Part shown: positions 39,682 to 48,683 of the stretch, one piece after another
How positions within the stretch are numbered: the first letter of the stretch is position 1
Layout: each line of letters opens with the position of its first letter
Assembly: GCA_036986115.1 (NCBI GenBank)
Contig: BTQY01000001.1
Coordinates: 43,807-107,806 of the forward strand
Source of the DNA: Gammaproteobacteria bacterium
GTDB taxonomy: Bacteria > Pseudomonadota > Gammaproteobacteria > BTQY01
DNA length: 64,000 bases
Reading direction: 5' to 3'
Made by a program: the position numbers and the translations under genes
The notes under the pieces: model-generated
Databases searched by the model: none
What the model was told of the DNA's origin: nothing
Seen by the model: the letters and a program-made list of their open reading frames with translations, nothing else

Positions 39682-40917
39682 ATGAAATCCGCGAATTTTC
39701 TTTTGACAATTCTGGCCGGCGTTTCCAGTTCAGTCATGGCGGTTGAACTCGGGGGCTGGGGGGAAATGGAAGTAAGATACTCCCCCAGCAATCCGCTCTA
39801 CGCAGGGCAACAACAGAACAGCGCCTCGATCGCTACTCAGCCTGAGTTTTATCAGGAGTGGGCAGACGGACGCTCGTTCACCTTTGTCCCCTTTTACCGA
39901 TATGACAGCGCGGACAAGCAACGAACGCACGCCGACATCAGGGAGGCCATGTTGCTCTGGCCCAGGGAAAACTACGAACTCAGGGTCGGAATCGGGAAGG
40001 TCTTTTGGGGCGTAACAGAAGCGAGCCATCTCGTTGACATTATCAATCAAACCGACCTGGTTGAGTCGATTGACGGGGAAGAGAAGTTGGGCCAGCCAAT
40101 GGTCAACCTTACGCTACTGACCGATAAAGGGACCTTTGACTTCTTTGTCCTTCCCTATTTTCGCGAGCGAACGTTTCCGGGACGCGCGGGGCGGCTGCGT
40201 TTTGACACGTTTATCGATAGCGGGCGTGGGGCAGTGTACGAAAATGAAGCCAGGGAGCATCATGTCGACTACGCGGTCCGCTACAGCAACACCATAGGGA
40301 ATCTGGACATCGGCATCTCCGACTTCTACGGGACAACCCGGGAGCCTGCCTATCTTGCCGGAGTTGACACTAATGGAAACCTCAACATCATCCCGTTTTA
40401 TGAAATCATCAACCAGACCGGCCTTGACCTGCAGTACACCGATGAAGCCTGGTTATGGAAACTGGAGGCCATCTACCGCCATGGGCAGGCAGACGGTAGT
40501 TACTATGCTGTGGATGCGGGCATTGAATATACATTTTCAGGGCCTGGCTTGCGCGGCACGGACCTTGGCCTGATCGTAGAGTATATGTATGACAGCCGAA
40601 ATTTCGGTGCGGATACAAGGGCGCCTGCTGTCGGTGATTATATCAGCAGTCGATCTAATACCTTCCTTAATAATGACTATTTGATTGGAGTGCGCCTGGC
40701 TTTTAACGATGCAGACTCCTCCGAGGTATTGGCCGCATTCATTCAGGACATCGACAATCATTCCTCGGTATTTCAGTTAGAAGCAAGCCGCAGAATCGGT
40801 GACAGGTGGAAAGCGGAACTGGACGCATACGTCTTTATGGACGCAAAAAAAGACCCGCTGCTGGGATCTCTGCGCGAGGACAGCTTCGTCCAGCTTGCAC
40901 TGAAGTATTATTTCTGA
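39682..40917 (+). CDS. Putative outer-membrane beta-barrel protein
   Basis: Signal peptide. Alternating amphipathic strands. C-terminal ...LALKYYF (terminal Phe is an outer-membrane protein signature). Confidence 0.5.
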   Translation: MKSANFLLTILAGVSSSVMAVELGGWGEMEVRYSPSNPLYAGQQQNSASIATQPEFYQEWADGRSFTFVPFYRYDSADKQRTHADIREAMLLWPRENYELRVGIGKVFWGVTEASHLVDIINQTDLVESIDGEEKLGQPMVNLTLLTDKGTFDFFVLPYFRERTFPGRAGRLRFDTFIDSGRGAVYENEAREHHVDYAVRYSNTIGNLDIGISDFYGTTREPAYLAGVDTNGNLNIIPFYEIINQTGLDLQYTDEAWLWKLEAIYRHGQADGSYYAVDAGIEYTFSGPGLRGTDLGLIVEYMYDSRNFGADTRAPAVGDYISSRSNTFLNNDYLIGVRLAFNDADSSEVLAAFIQDIDNHSSVFQLEASRRIGDRWKAELDAYVFMDAKKDPLLGSLREDSFVQLALKYYF

Positions 40918-41007
40918 CGGGCACTTTTATCATTACCATTACCAGCACCACCACGAACCGGCGTGTTCGGCCGGGCCGAAGCAAACCAGCCGCATTAACT
41001 TTTTACT

Positions 41008-41628
41008 TTAGTTTTTGGATATAAGAAGTTTTTCAATTAAATTGAGGGCCTCCTTCCTGGACCACTCCCGATAGCCGGCTCCCCAGGCGATTATCCTTCC
41101 CTCCTGATCGAGCAAATAGGAGGTAGGGGTCCCGGTAACCCTGTACATAATGCTCACACGCCCGGTGGGATCCAGCAGCCCGGAATCGGTGAAGAAGGTA
41201 TATCCAGATTTCTTCATAAAAGGTACCACTGCCTTCGCTCCTCTCCGGTCGGTAAAGACAACTACAATAACAAAGTCCCGGCCTTTGAATTGGTCATAAA
41301 GCTTTTGCAGATGGGGCATCTCCTTTTTACACCAGTGGCATCCGGTGTCCATAAAATTCAGGAGGACCAGTTTACCTCGAAAATCGCTCAGCTTAACCGT
41401 GTTATTATTAAGATCTTTTAACGTGAAATCTGGTGCTGTATTCTTTTCATGAAGCTGCATTAGTCCAAGAGAGGTCATAAGTTCATTAACCTCCATAGAA
41501 TACGCAGTCTCAACCGATAGAATAAATATGACTCCGATCAACGCTATGAGTCTGTATGTCATCGCTCTCTTGGTAATTCGTTGTATCATTCTAACTTCCT
41601 CATGATGTGGAAAGATCTGCCCCTTCAT
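41008..41628 (-). CDS. TlpA/ResA-like periplasmic thiol-disulfide oxidoreductase
   Basis: Signal/anchor sequence. Thioredoxin fold with active site GCHWC. Follows the MBL lipoprotein gene on the same strand. Confidence 0.7.
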   Translation of the reverse strand: MKGQIFPHHEEVRMIQRITKRAMTYRLIALIGVIFILSVETAYSMEVNELMTSLGLMQLHEKNTAPDFTLKDLNNNTVKLSDFRGKLVLLNFMDTGCHWCKKEMPHLQKLYDQFKGRDFVIVVVFTDRRGAKAVVPFMKKSGYTFFTDSGLLDPTGRVSIMYRVTGTPTSYLLDQEGRIIAWGAGYREWSRKEALNLIEKLLISKN

Positions 41629-41659
41629 TGCTGACTATGTTTTATCCTGCTTTCAGCGT

Positions 41660-42775
41660 TTACTCAAACTCCATCGACTGAAAGACCTGTCCGGCATTCC
41701 GCTTGGCCAGAAATTCGGCTGTTGGTAAATTTATATAGGCAGACTGATCGATATTGTAGGCATCCTGAAGTGTCCCGCCATTTTCGATCAACTCGGCTAC
41801 CTTCGTGCGTAAATAAACCAGGTAGTCTCTTGTATAACGTGTGACCTTGGCCATATTGGTCGCCTCACCGTGCCCCGGAATGACGTATTCCGCCCCCAGT
41901 GCTGCAAACTTGTCCCAGGTTTTTATCCAGGCGGCGGTATCTGTATATTCGAAAAGGGGCAACATGCGCTGATGAAATGCCATGTCACCTGAGACCACCA
42001 GGCGTTTTTGTGGCAGCCAGACAACAATATCTCCAGGGCTGTGTGTCGGTCCCAGGTGAATCAATTCAAAGCGTACGCCGCCCATTTCGATAACTTTGTT
42101 GTGTTTAAAGCTCTCATCAGGCAGGGTCACCTTTGTCCCCTCCGCCTTTTCCTTCATCACCCGTTTCATTTCCTCAAAAACCGCAAATGAAGTATCTTTA
42201 ATCTCTTGCACTGCGTCTTCATGTGCAATCACGGTAGCGCCCTGTTCCTGCCAGTAGTTTGAACCCAGCATGGCATGGCCCTGCGCATTTTCCAGCACCA
42301 CAAACTTAACCGGCTGATCGGTGATCTTTTTGATCTCTGTGTGTAAGGCCTTCGCCAGCAAATAGTTGGCACCGGCGTTGACAACCAGAACACCATCAGA
42401 GGTCACAATGAAAGACAGGTTATTGTTATGTCCAGAGTTCTCATAGCGGGCCGGCGCAAACGAACCGATCGCTGACCAGACCCCGTCAATCACCTGTTTG
42501 GGTTTATCGTAAAGCATCGAATCCGGCGCCTTGTCACTGGTGTACAGGGCTTCACCGGTCAGTGGCGGTGCTGTATCCTGAGAGGCTGACGGCGCCAACA
42601 CTTGCTCCTGCTCCTGCATCGGCGCTGGCGGCTGCACCGTGGCCTGTGCCGGTTTATTCTGCGGCATGTTCGTTTCTGACAGATCACCTGAATCACAGGC
42701 CGATAACATTGTTACCGCCAGTAAAATTGGCAGGCTCGTTAATTTTCTTTTCATAGTTACAATATCCTGGTGCAT
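41660..42775 (-). CDS. MBL-fold (metallo-beta-lactamase-like) lipoprotein
   Basis: Lipobox LAVTMLSAC. C-terminal MBL-like HxxxD/GD motifs (HSPGDIVV...SGDMAF). The canonical HxHxDH motif is not obvious. Confidence 0.6.
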   Translation of the reverse strand: MHQDIVTMKRKLTSLPILLAVTMLSACDSGDLSETNMPQNKPAQATVQPPAPMQEQEQVLAPSASQDTAPPLTGEALYTSDKAPDSMLYDKPKQVIDGVWSAIGSFAPARYENSGHNNNLSFIVTSDGVLVVNAGANYLLAKALHTEIKKITDQPVKFVVLENAQGHAMLGSNYWQEQGATVIAHEDAVQEIKDTSFAVFEEMKRVMKEKAEGTKVTLPDESFKHNKVIEMGGVRFELIHLGPTHSPGDIVVWLPQKRLVVSGDMAFHQRMLPLFEYTDTAAWIKTWDKFAALGAEYVIPGHGEATNMAKVTRYTRDYLVYLRTKVAELIENGGTLQDAYNIDQSAYINLPTAEFLAKRNAGQVFQSMEFE

Positions 42776-43090
42776 CCCTGTAGAAAAACACTGCTCTAAC
42801 CCTATAATAACACGTGGGCTGCAAATGTTGCAGTGCAGGACCTGAGCCTTTATCCCCTGGTTTGTTTAATCGAATGATATGGGTGCTGATGTTGTTTATT
42901 GGTATGGATTTGTAGCGCCGGTTGAAAAACATTGTAATGAACAGGTTTTATCGGAATAAGCTCTATCCGAAGATACTAATCCCCCTGAAAACCAAGTTCT
43001 TTGCGGATGAACTGCGTAAGAAAAAGTCTATTTTTCAATAAATAATACCTTTACAATCCTAGCCTGCTGAAAAGCGCATGGTTTAACTAT

Positions 43091-46000
43091 TTGAGCGAAG
43101 TGATGCAGAGAAAAAAACTTGGTATATCAGGATTTACTTATAAAGATCTGTTTACGCAAGATGGTTTACAAAAACTCGATAATGAGTTTGTTCTCTATCT
43201 GAAACAATCAGATGAGGTCCTTTACTCACAATTACTGGACTATCGTTCTAAAGCTGATCCCATAGCGGGGGGATCCTTGTCCACCAGTCTGCTGGTTCTT
43301 TCCTGTGCACCAATACTTGAAGCATTTGTCGCTGAACTATTTGAAATTAAAGAAGAAACCAGGCAGGCAAGAGAAAGCACTCTTTCCCACGATGTCATTA
43401 TCTCATTCAAAAAGACCTTTGTGCTGCGGCGCGCACGACGACGCCTGTTAAAAAAAGAAGCGATTGAAACCTTTGATGAGCTTGACCGCTGGCTGGATCA
43501 GGCGCTCGCAGAACACACAATAGATGACCCGGATCAGGAACGGGCCGTGTCGTTGCTTGGTGAGCTTTTGCTATCTGACCAGGATAACAATAAAGACCAG
43601 ATTGAATTGTTAACACGCTGGTGCATTCGTGCCATGACCACCCCTGAGGGACAAACCAGGGTCAGCGACTGGGTCTGCTTTCAACTGCCGCAAGGTCTGG
43701 ATTACGCATCGTTAGTACCTGTGCAGGAACTTGCAGGAGACAAATTCAATCGCTTACAAGCGCAACCCGATAATTATAGATTACGTGATGGCTTCAAACT
43801 CACCGACACACGAATGAATGCCCGCCAGATACAGAATGAAGTCAATTACTGCGTTTACTGTCACAAGAATGAAGGTGATTACTGTTCGAAAGGCTTTCAC
43901 GAAAAAAAAGGTGAGCCGGAAAAAGGATTCAAAAAAAATCCACTTGATGTAACACTCACTGGCTGCCCACTAGGTGAAAAGATATCTGAAATGCAGGCGC
44001 TTAAGCGAGACGGCCATGCAATCGCGGCCCTTGCAACGATCATGATTGACAATCCTATGTGTCCTTCAACGGGGCACCGGATTTGTAACGATTGCATGAA
44101 GGGGTGTATTTATCAAAAGCAGGAACCGGTTAACATCCCCGAAATTGAAACACGCTGTCTCACCGACGTGTTGTCACTGCCCTGGGGTGTGGAAATATAT
44201 GACCTGTTGACCCGTTGGAATCCGTTAAGACAGAAACAATGGTTGCCTAAGCCTTACAATGGCTTAAACGTGCTTATTACAGGTATGGGCCCCTCCGGAT
44301 TTACGCTGGCACACCATCTTTTGATGGAAGGGTTCGCAGTGGTCGGCACGGATGGTCTGAAAATCGAACCACTTCCGCGGACACTCATCGACAACCCTGT
44401 TGAACATTACAGTGACATAGAAGATCAGTTAGACGAACGAATCATGACCGGTTTTGGCGGTGTCACAGAATATGGCATTACCGTACGTTGGGACAAGAAT
44501 TTTCTAAAATTAATCTATCTCACACTGATGCGCCGGCCTTATTTCCAGGTATTTGGTGCTGTACGTTTCGGTGGAACCATTAGAGTGGAAGATGCCTGGG
44601 AACTGGGTTTTGACCATGTCGCTATTGCAGTCGGTGCTGGTCTGCCGCAGGCCTTACCCGTGCCCGGGAGTTTGGCGCCCGGAATGCGACAGGCAAATGA
44701 TTTTCTTATGGCCTTGCAGCTTAGCGGTGCGGCCAAGGCCTCCAGCCTGGCTAATTTACAAATCAGGTTACCCGCAGTTGTCATCGGTGGCGGTCTGACT
44801 GGCATCGACACGGCAACGGAAGTCCAGGCCTATTACATTCAGCAAGTAGAAAAGTTGCTCTACCGATTTGAAAAACTGGTAGAGACCATTGGAAAGGACG
44901 CAATCTACCAGCAGTTAGATGAAGTGTCGCGATTGATTCTGGAAGAACAACTTGCCCATGGGAACCTGGTAAAAGAAGAACGTCAGCGGGCATCGAGCAA
45001 AAAAGAAGAACCGGATTTTATTTCTTTGATCCGAAGCTGGGGTGGTGTCACTGTTGCCTACAGACGAAATATGAATGAATCACCCGCGTACCGGAGTAAC
45101 CATGAAGAAGTCAGGAAGGCGCTGGAAGAAGGTATTTATTATGCGGCCGGCATCGAACCTCTCGAAGTCAAAGTCGATCAGTTCGGTCATTGCGAATCGT
45201 TGCTATGTGTAGTGCGCGAAAAAGATAAAGATGGGAATTGGTACAATACAGATAAAAAGTTCGATTTGCCTGCTCGCGGTATCTTTGCCGCTACAGGGGC
45301 ACGACCTAATGTGGCCTATTCATTCGAACATCCAAAAAGGTTTTTAAAGGAAAACGGCCATTATCAAACGTTTAATCTGGAAAACAATAAACTGATATCA
45401 ACACCGACCGCAGAACATATCAAGAAAGACAATTTTGGTGCATTTACCTCCTATGAGGATCAGGACAGCAAGCTAAATCACCGCGTCACATTTATCGGAG
45501 ACACTCACCCGGTGTTTAATGGCAATGTCGTAAAAGCGGTTGCATCCGGCATGCGGGTGTATCCTGAAATAGTGGCATCTTTTGGTCAACTTGCATCGCA
45601 ACAAGGTAATGAGGAGACATACCAGGCATTCAGTAAAAAGATCGCGTGGCTTTTTACTGCCACTATCGACGATGTTATCCGACATAATCCAACAACGCTT
45701 GAATTGAGAATCCAGGCGCCGATGGCGGCAAGGCGTTTCAAACCCGGACAATTTTTTCGTCTACAGAACTATGAAAGTTCAGCGCCCGTTATTGGTGATA
45801 CCACATTACAAACGGAAACTATGGCGCTAACAGGCGCTCTGGTCGATAAGGAAAAAGGCCTGGTTTCTCTCATGATAATGGAAAAGGGCACGAGCTCAAG
45901 AATCTGCGCCACCTTGAAAAAAGGCGATCCTGTTTCCCTGATGGGCCCAAGTGGGGTACGTATGAGAATTCCGGATAACAGGGAAAATATCCTGATAGTC

Positions 46001-46645
46001 GGCGATACACTTTGCATCCCGCATATTCTGGGTGTTGGGCCAGCCATGCTCGAAGCAGCTAATAAAGTGTGCTTTATCCTGCATCTTGATTCTGCCGATG
46101 AGTTGTTTTGCCAGCAACAACTGGAGCAATCAGCAACAAATATAGTGTGGAATGTCAAAAAAGGTGAATTGATAAAATCCAGTCGTCCCCATGATATCTC
46201 CACATGCGGTGACTTACTGGATGTTGTTAATCAGTTTTCAGATGGCTCACTTCCTGGTGATATTAATAATACGTTTGCGGCTAAAGACATTGATAGAATT
46301 ATCATCGTCGGTAATCAGGAACTGGTACGCAGTCTGCGCGATATATACGAAAGTAAATTAATGAACACCATGCCCAAGGTCGGCCTGAACGTCACCGCAT
46401 CCATCAGTACACCAATGCAATGCATGCTAAAAGGGGTTTGCTCGCAATGTTTACAATGGCAAATAGACCCACAAACCGGCAAACGCACCAAAGCCGTCTT
46501 TAGTTGCTCATGGCAAGATCAGCCCCTGCATATGGTTGATCTGGATAACTGGAAAGACAGACTCGGACAAAACCGGTTACAGGAGGGGATATCTAATCTT
46601 TGGTTAGACCACCTGTTTAAACTGCAGGAGATAGAAAAAATATAG
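43091..46645 (+). CDS. Large multidomain Fe-S flavoprotein: unknown N-terminal domain + GltD/NfnB-like module + PyrK/FNR-like module with a C-terminal [2Fe-2S] motif
   Basis: Cys clusters (CVYCHKNEGDYC; NPMCPSTGHRICNDCMKGC). Two Rossmann GxGxxG motifs (ITGMGPSGF; VIGGGLTGID). C-terminal FNR-like domain and CMLKGVCSQC...C. 1184 aa. Confidence 0.75.
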   Translation: MSEVMQRKKLGISGFTYKDLFTQDGLQKLDNEFVLYLKQSDEVLYSQLLDYRSKADPIAGGSLSTSLLVLSCAPILEAFVAELFEIKEETRQARESTLSHDVIISFKKTFVLRRARRRLLKKEAIETFDELDRWLDQALAEHTIDDPDQERAVSLLGELLLSDQDNNKDQIELLTRWCIRAMTTPEGQTRVSDWVCFQLPQGLDYASLVPVQELAGDKFNRLQAQPDNYRLRDGFKLTDTRMNARQIQNEVNYCVYCHKNEGDYCSKGFHEKKGEPEKGFKKNPLDVTLTGCPLGEKISEMQALKRDGHAIAALATIMIDNPMCPSTGHRICNDCMKGCIYQKQEPVNIPEIETRCLTDVLSLPWGVEIYDLLTRWNPLRQKQWLPKPYNGLNVLITGMGPSGFTLAHHLLMEGFAVVGTDGLKIEPLPRTLIDNPVEHYSDIEDQLDERIMTGFGGVTEYGITVRWDKNFLKLIYLTLMRRPYFQVFGAVRFGGTIRVEDAWELGFDHVAIAVGAGLPQALPVPGSLAPGMRQANDFLMALQLSGAAKASSLANLQIRLPAVVIGGGLTGIDTATEVQAYYIQQVEKLLYRFEKLVETIGKDAIYQQLDEVSRLILEEQLAHGNLVKEERQRASSKKEEPDFISLIRSWGGVTVAYRRNMNESPAYRSNHEEVRKALEEGIYYAAGIEPLEVKVDQFGHCESLLCVVREKDKDGNWYNTDKKFDLPARGIFAATGARPNVAYSFEHPKRFLKENGHYQTFNLENNKLISTPTAEHIKKDNFGAFTSYEDQDSKLNHRVTFIGDTHPVFNGNVVKAVASGMRVYPEIVASFGQLASQQGNEETYQAFSKKIAWLFTATIDDVIRHNPTTLELRIQAPMAARRFKPGQFFRLQNYESSAPVIGDTTLQTETMALTGALVDKEKGLVSLMIMEKGTSSRICATLKKGDPVSLMGPSGVRMRIPDNRENILIVGDTLCIPHILGVGPAMLEAANKVCFILHLDSADELFCQQQLEQSATNIVWNVKKGELIKSSRPHDISTCGDLLDVVNQFSDGSLPGDINNTFAAKDIDRIIIVGNQELVRSLRDIYESKLMNTMPKVGLNVTASISTPMQCMLKGVCSQCLQWQIDPQTGKRTKAVFSCSWQDQPLHMVDLDNWKDRLGQNRLQEGISNLWLDHLFKLQEIEKI

Positions 46646-46725
46646 CTCAGGAGCATATGCCTGGACTGGCTTTACTTATTTTCCCATCGCAGCCAACTGC
46701 TGTGACATGGCCTGGCAATGAGAAA

Positions 46726-46755
46726 CCGCCTGCGATGTCACTGCACCGCAGGCGG
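46726..46755. terminator. Hairpin between convergent genes, possibly a bidirectional terminator
   Basis: CCGCCTGCG-(12 nt)-CGCAGGCGG. Weak T/A tracts on both sides. Confidence 0.35.
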
Positions 46756-46782
46756 ATAGCATTTCTCAGGTTATAAAGCCCC

Positions 46783-48099
46783 TCAGTTGACGACGACCAT
46801 CTGGTGGCCCTCGCCACGCACCGTAATCTTACCGATCACCTTGAGTTGTTTCGCGTCAACGACCCAGACGAAGGGTTTTTTCCTGCTGGATACGTAGATC
46901 TTGCCGGTGTTACCGATCACCTTGACATGATAGGGCGCCGGATCGAGCTTCAGGGTACGCACCTTGCCGGTTTTGACATCGAGAGCGACCAGCTTGTTGT
47001 CCTTCTTGGCGCTGGCAAACAAGGTCTTGCCATCCGCCGAGATATCAATGCCATGGGGTTTATTGCCAATGGTAAATGTTTTTACCACTTTGAGTTTTTC
47101 CAGCGAAACCTTGGATATCGTTCCACCGCGGCCATTATTGGTATAGACGAATTTTTCGTCCGGAGACATCAGGATGTGTTCCGGGCCTTTGCCAACCAGT
47201 ATGTTCCTGCTGACGATCCAGTTTTTGGTATCGATGACGCTGAGTGTGTTATTACCCGCATTACTCACGTACATCTGCGCACCGCCATCGGCAAACACGA
47301 CATAGTTCGGTTGTGGCCCGGTGTAGATGTTGCGAAATATCTTCTTGGTTGCCAGATCAATCAGACTAATCGTCCCGGCAGTCGTGTGAGCAGATACGGC
47401 ATACTTCCCATCTGGTGTAACAAAGGTGTGATGCGCCATCCCCCTGACCTTGATGGTGGTTTCCAGTTTGTTATCCGCCACCCGGATCAGTGAGACAGTG
47501 CTGATACCCACTGCGGGGAGCAAACCACCTTTCTGTGCTGCATGGTGCTTTTTATGATCAGCATCTGACATGCCTTTGGGTTTTTTCATCTTGGACTGGC
47601 CGGATTTGCTCATGTTGGCATGGTCCTTCTTCACCGGAGGCTCGGTTGTTGCCTTCGGCTTGCCGCCCATCGCCGAATGATCCTGTGTCTTTTTATCAGC
47701 ACCCGGTTGGGGATGATGTTTCTTATGATCCGCCTCGGATACTCCGGCAGGCTTCGCCATCGTTGATGCAGCAGATTTTGGCTTACCAGTCTTGGATGAC
47801 ATCATTGCATGTCCTGCCGTTTTCCCGGATGACATCATTCCATGTCCCCCCATTTTCGGTCGACCCGCTACCACCTCATCGTTGGAGCCCGCAACCAGGT
47901 ATTCGCCATTGGGGGTCAATGACAGGCCGTGAATATTTTTGAAACCACTGATCTTGCCGATTGTCTTGTCCGTCGCCGCATCCACGATCAGTATTTCATT
48001 CGCAGAGCCCAGCGGTATGTATACGGTCGGACTTGCCAGTGATGTCAGCGGGGCCAACATGGCGGCCCCACCGAGTAGTACGAATTTGAATGTATTCAT
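46783..48099 (-). CDS. YVTN-family beta-propeller protein with a His/Met-rich low-complexity insertion (putative periplasmic metal binding)
   Basis: Signal peptide. YVTN repeats at both ends. Insertion of about 110 aa (HGMMSSGKTAGHAMMSSKTGKPK...ADHKKHH...ADHKKHH) encoded by imperfect tandem DNA repeats. Confidence 0.75.
   Translation of the reverse strand: MNTFKFVLLGGAAMLAPLTSLASPTVYIPLGSANEILIVDAATDKTIGKISGFKNIHGLSLTPNGEYLVAGSNDEVVAGRPKMGGHGMMSSGKTAGHAMMSSKTGKPKSAASTMAKPAGVSEADHKKHHPQPGADKKTQDHSAMGGKPKATTEPPVKKDHANMSKSGQSKMKKPKGMSDADHKKHHAAQKGGLLPAVGISTVSLIRVADNKLETTIKVRGMAHHTFVTPDGKYAVSAHTTAGTISLIDLATKKIFRNIYTGPQPNYVVFADGGAQMYVSNAGNNTLSVIDTKNWIVSRNILVGKGPEHILMSPDEKFVYTNNGRGGTISKVSLEKLKVVKTFTIGNKPHGIDISADGKTLFASAKKDNKLVALDVKTGKVRTLKLDPAPYHVKVIGNTGKIYVSSRKKPFVWVVDAKQLKVIGKITVRGEGHQMVVVN
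47794..47847 (-). repeat. 33-bp imperfect tandem repeat (2 copies) inside the propeller gene, encoding MMSS(G/K)-type His/Met motifs
   Basis: GGATGACATCATTGCATGTCC at 47794 and GGATGACATCATTCCATGTCC at 47827. Confidence 0.6.
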
Positions 48100-48196
48100 G
48101 ATTAATCTCCTTTTCGTATGAGTAAAGAATTCGGTTACCGATCGACTGCTACCATCCTTGCTGGACGATCAAAATGTGACTCTACCAATAAAGCCA

Positions 48197-48228
48197 AGTG
48201 TAGAACCTAAGTGTTACTTACAGGTCAA
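48197..48228 (-). promoter_or_regulatory. MerR-family-type promoter (element B): TTGACC-N20-TACACT with dyad ACCTGTAAGTAACACTTAGGT
   Basis: On the minus strand, -35 is at 48223-48228 and -10 at 48197-48202. About 90 nt upstream of the propeller-2 start. Confidence 0.55.
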
Positions 48229-48508
48229 GTGTTTTACCAAATTGTAATGATAAAGGCCAGCGGTATCGGATAAAAGGCGGTCACTGGCCGCCACTGGCAA
48301 GGGTCGCGATGACGCGAAGGAATTCACTCGTGTCGTGGGTGCGTGGATGTACCCCAGGGGCATGATGTACAGGAAGTACAAATGTCGCGGGCGCATGAAC
48401 GCACCCCAAGGGCACTTCTGCACTTTGTTCGGGCGCTCCGTAGCGACCGAGCTGCAGACCCCCTGTCGCGCTGGCACTACCCAGGTGATATTCAAACTCT
48501 TGCACCAG

Positions 48509-48540
48509 AGTGTAGAACCTATGTGTTACTCACAGGTCAA
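48509..48540 (-). promoter_or_regulatory. MerR-family-type promoter (element C, tandem copy): TTGACC-N20-TACACT with dyad ACCTGTGAGTAACACATAGGT
   Basis: Same orientation as element B, about 310 bp further upstream. The core matches B at 31 of 34 positions. Confidence 0.5.
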
Positions 48541-48683
48541 GACAATATGTCCTTGCCGGGGCTGGCTCCAGGTCCAGGGTAAATCAGTACATTTTTTCGT
48601 TGTTCCTGAAATTATTTGCAAGCCAGGTGATTTCTATCCAGAATAAGACTCAATCCAGATATATGCAAGGCAAGGGCCCCGAC

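Noticed and set aside
46804-47493. 229-aa plus-strand ORF inside the YVTN propeller-2 gene
   Set aside because: It is antisense to a gene with clear repeat architecture and a signal peptide. There is no independent support.
48214-48495. 93-aa minus-strand ORF between promoter elements B and C
   Set aside because: It has a TTG start about 9 nt from the predicted transcription start with no ribosome-binding site. The translation has no recognisable features. More likely this is a non-coding leader (see finding).
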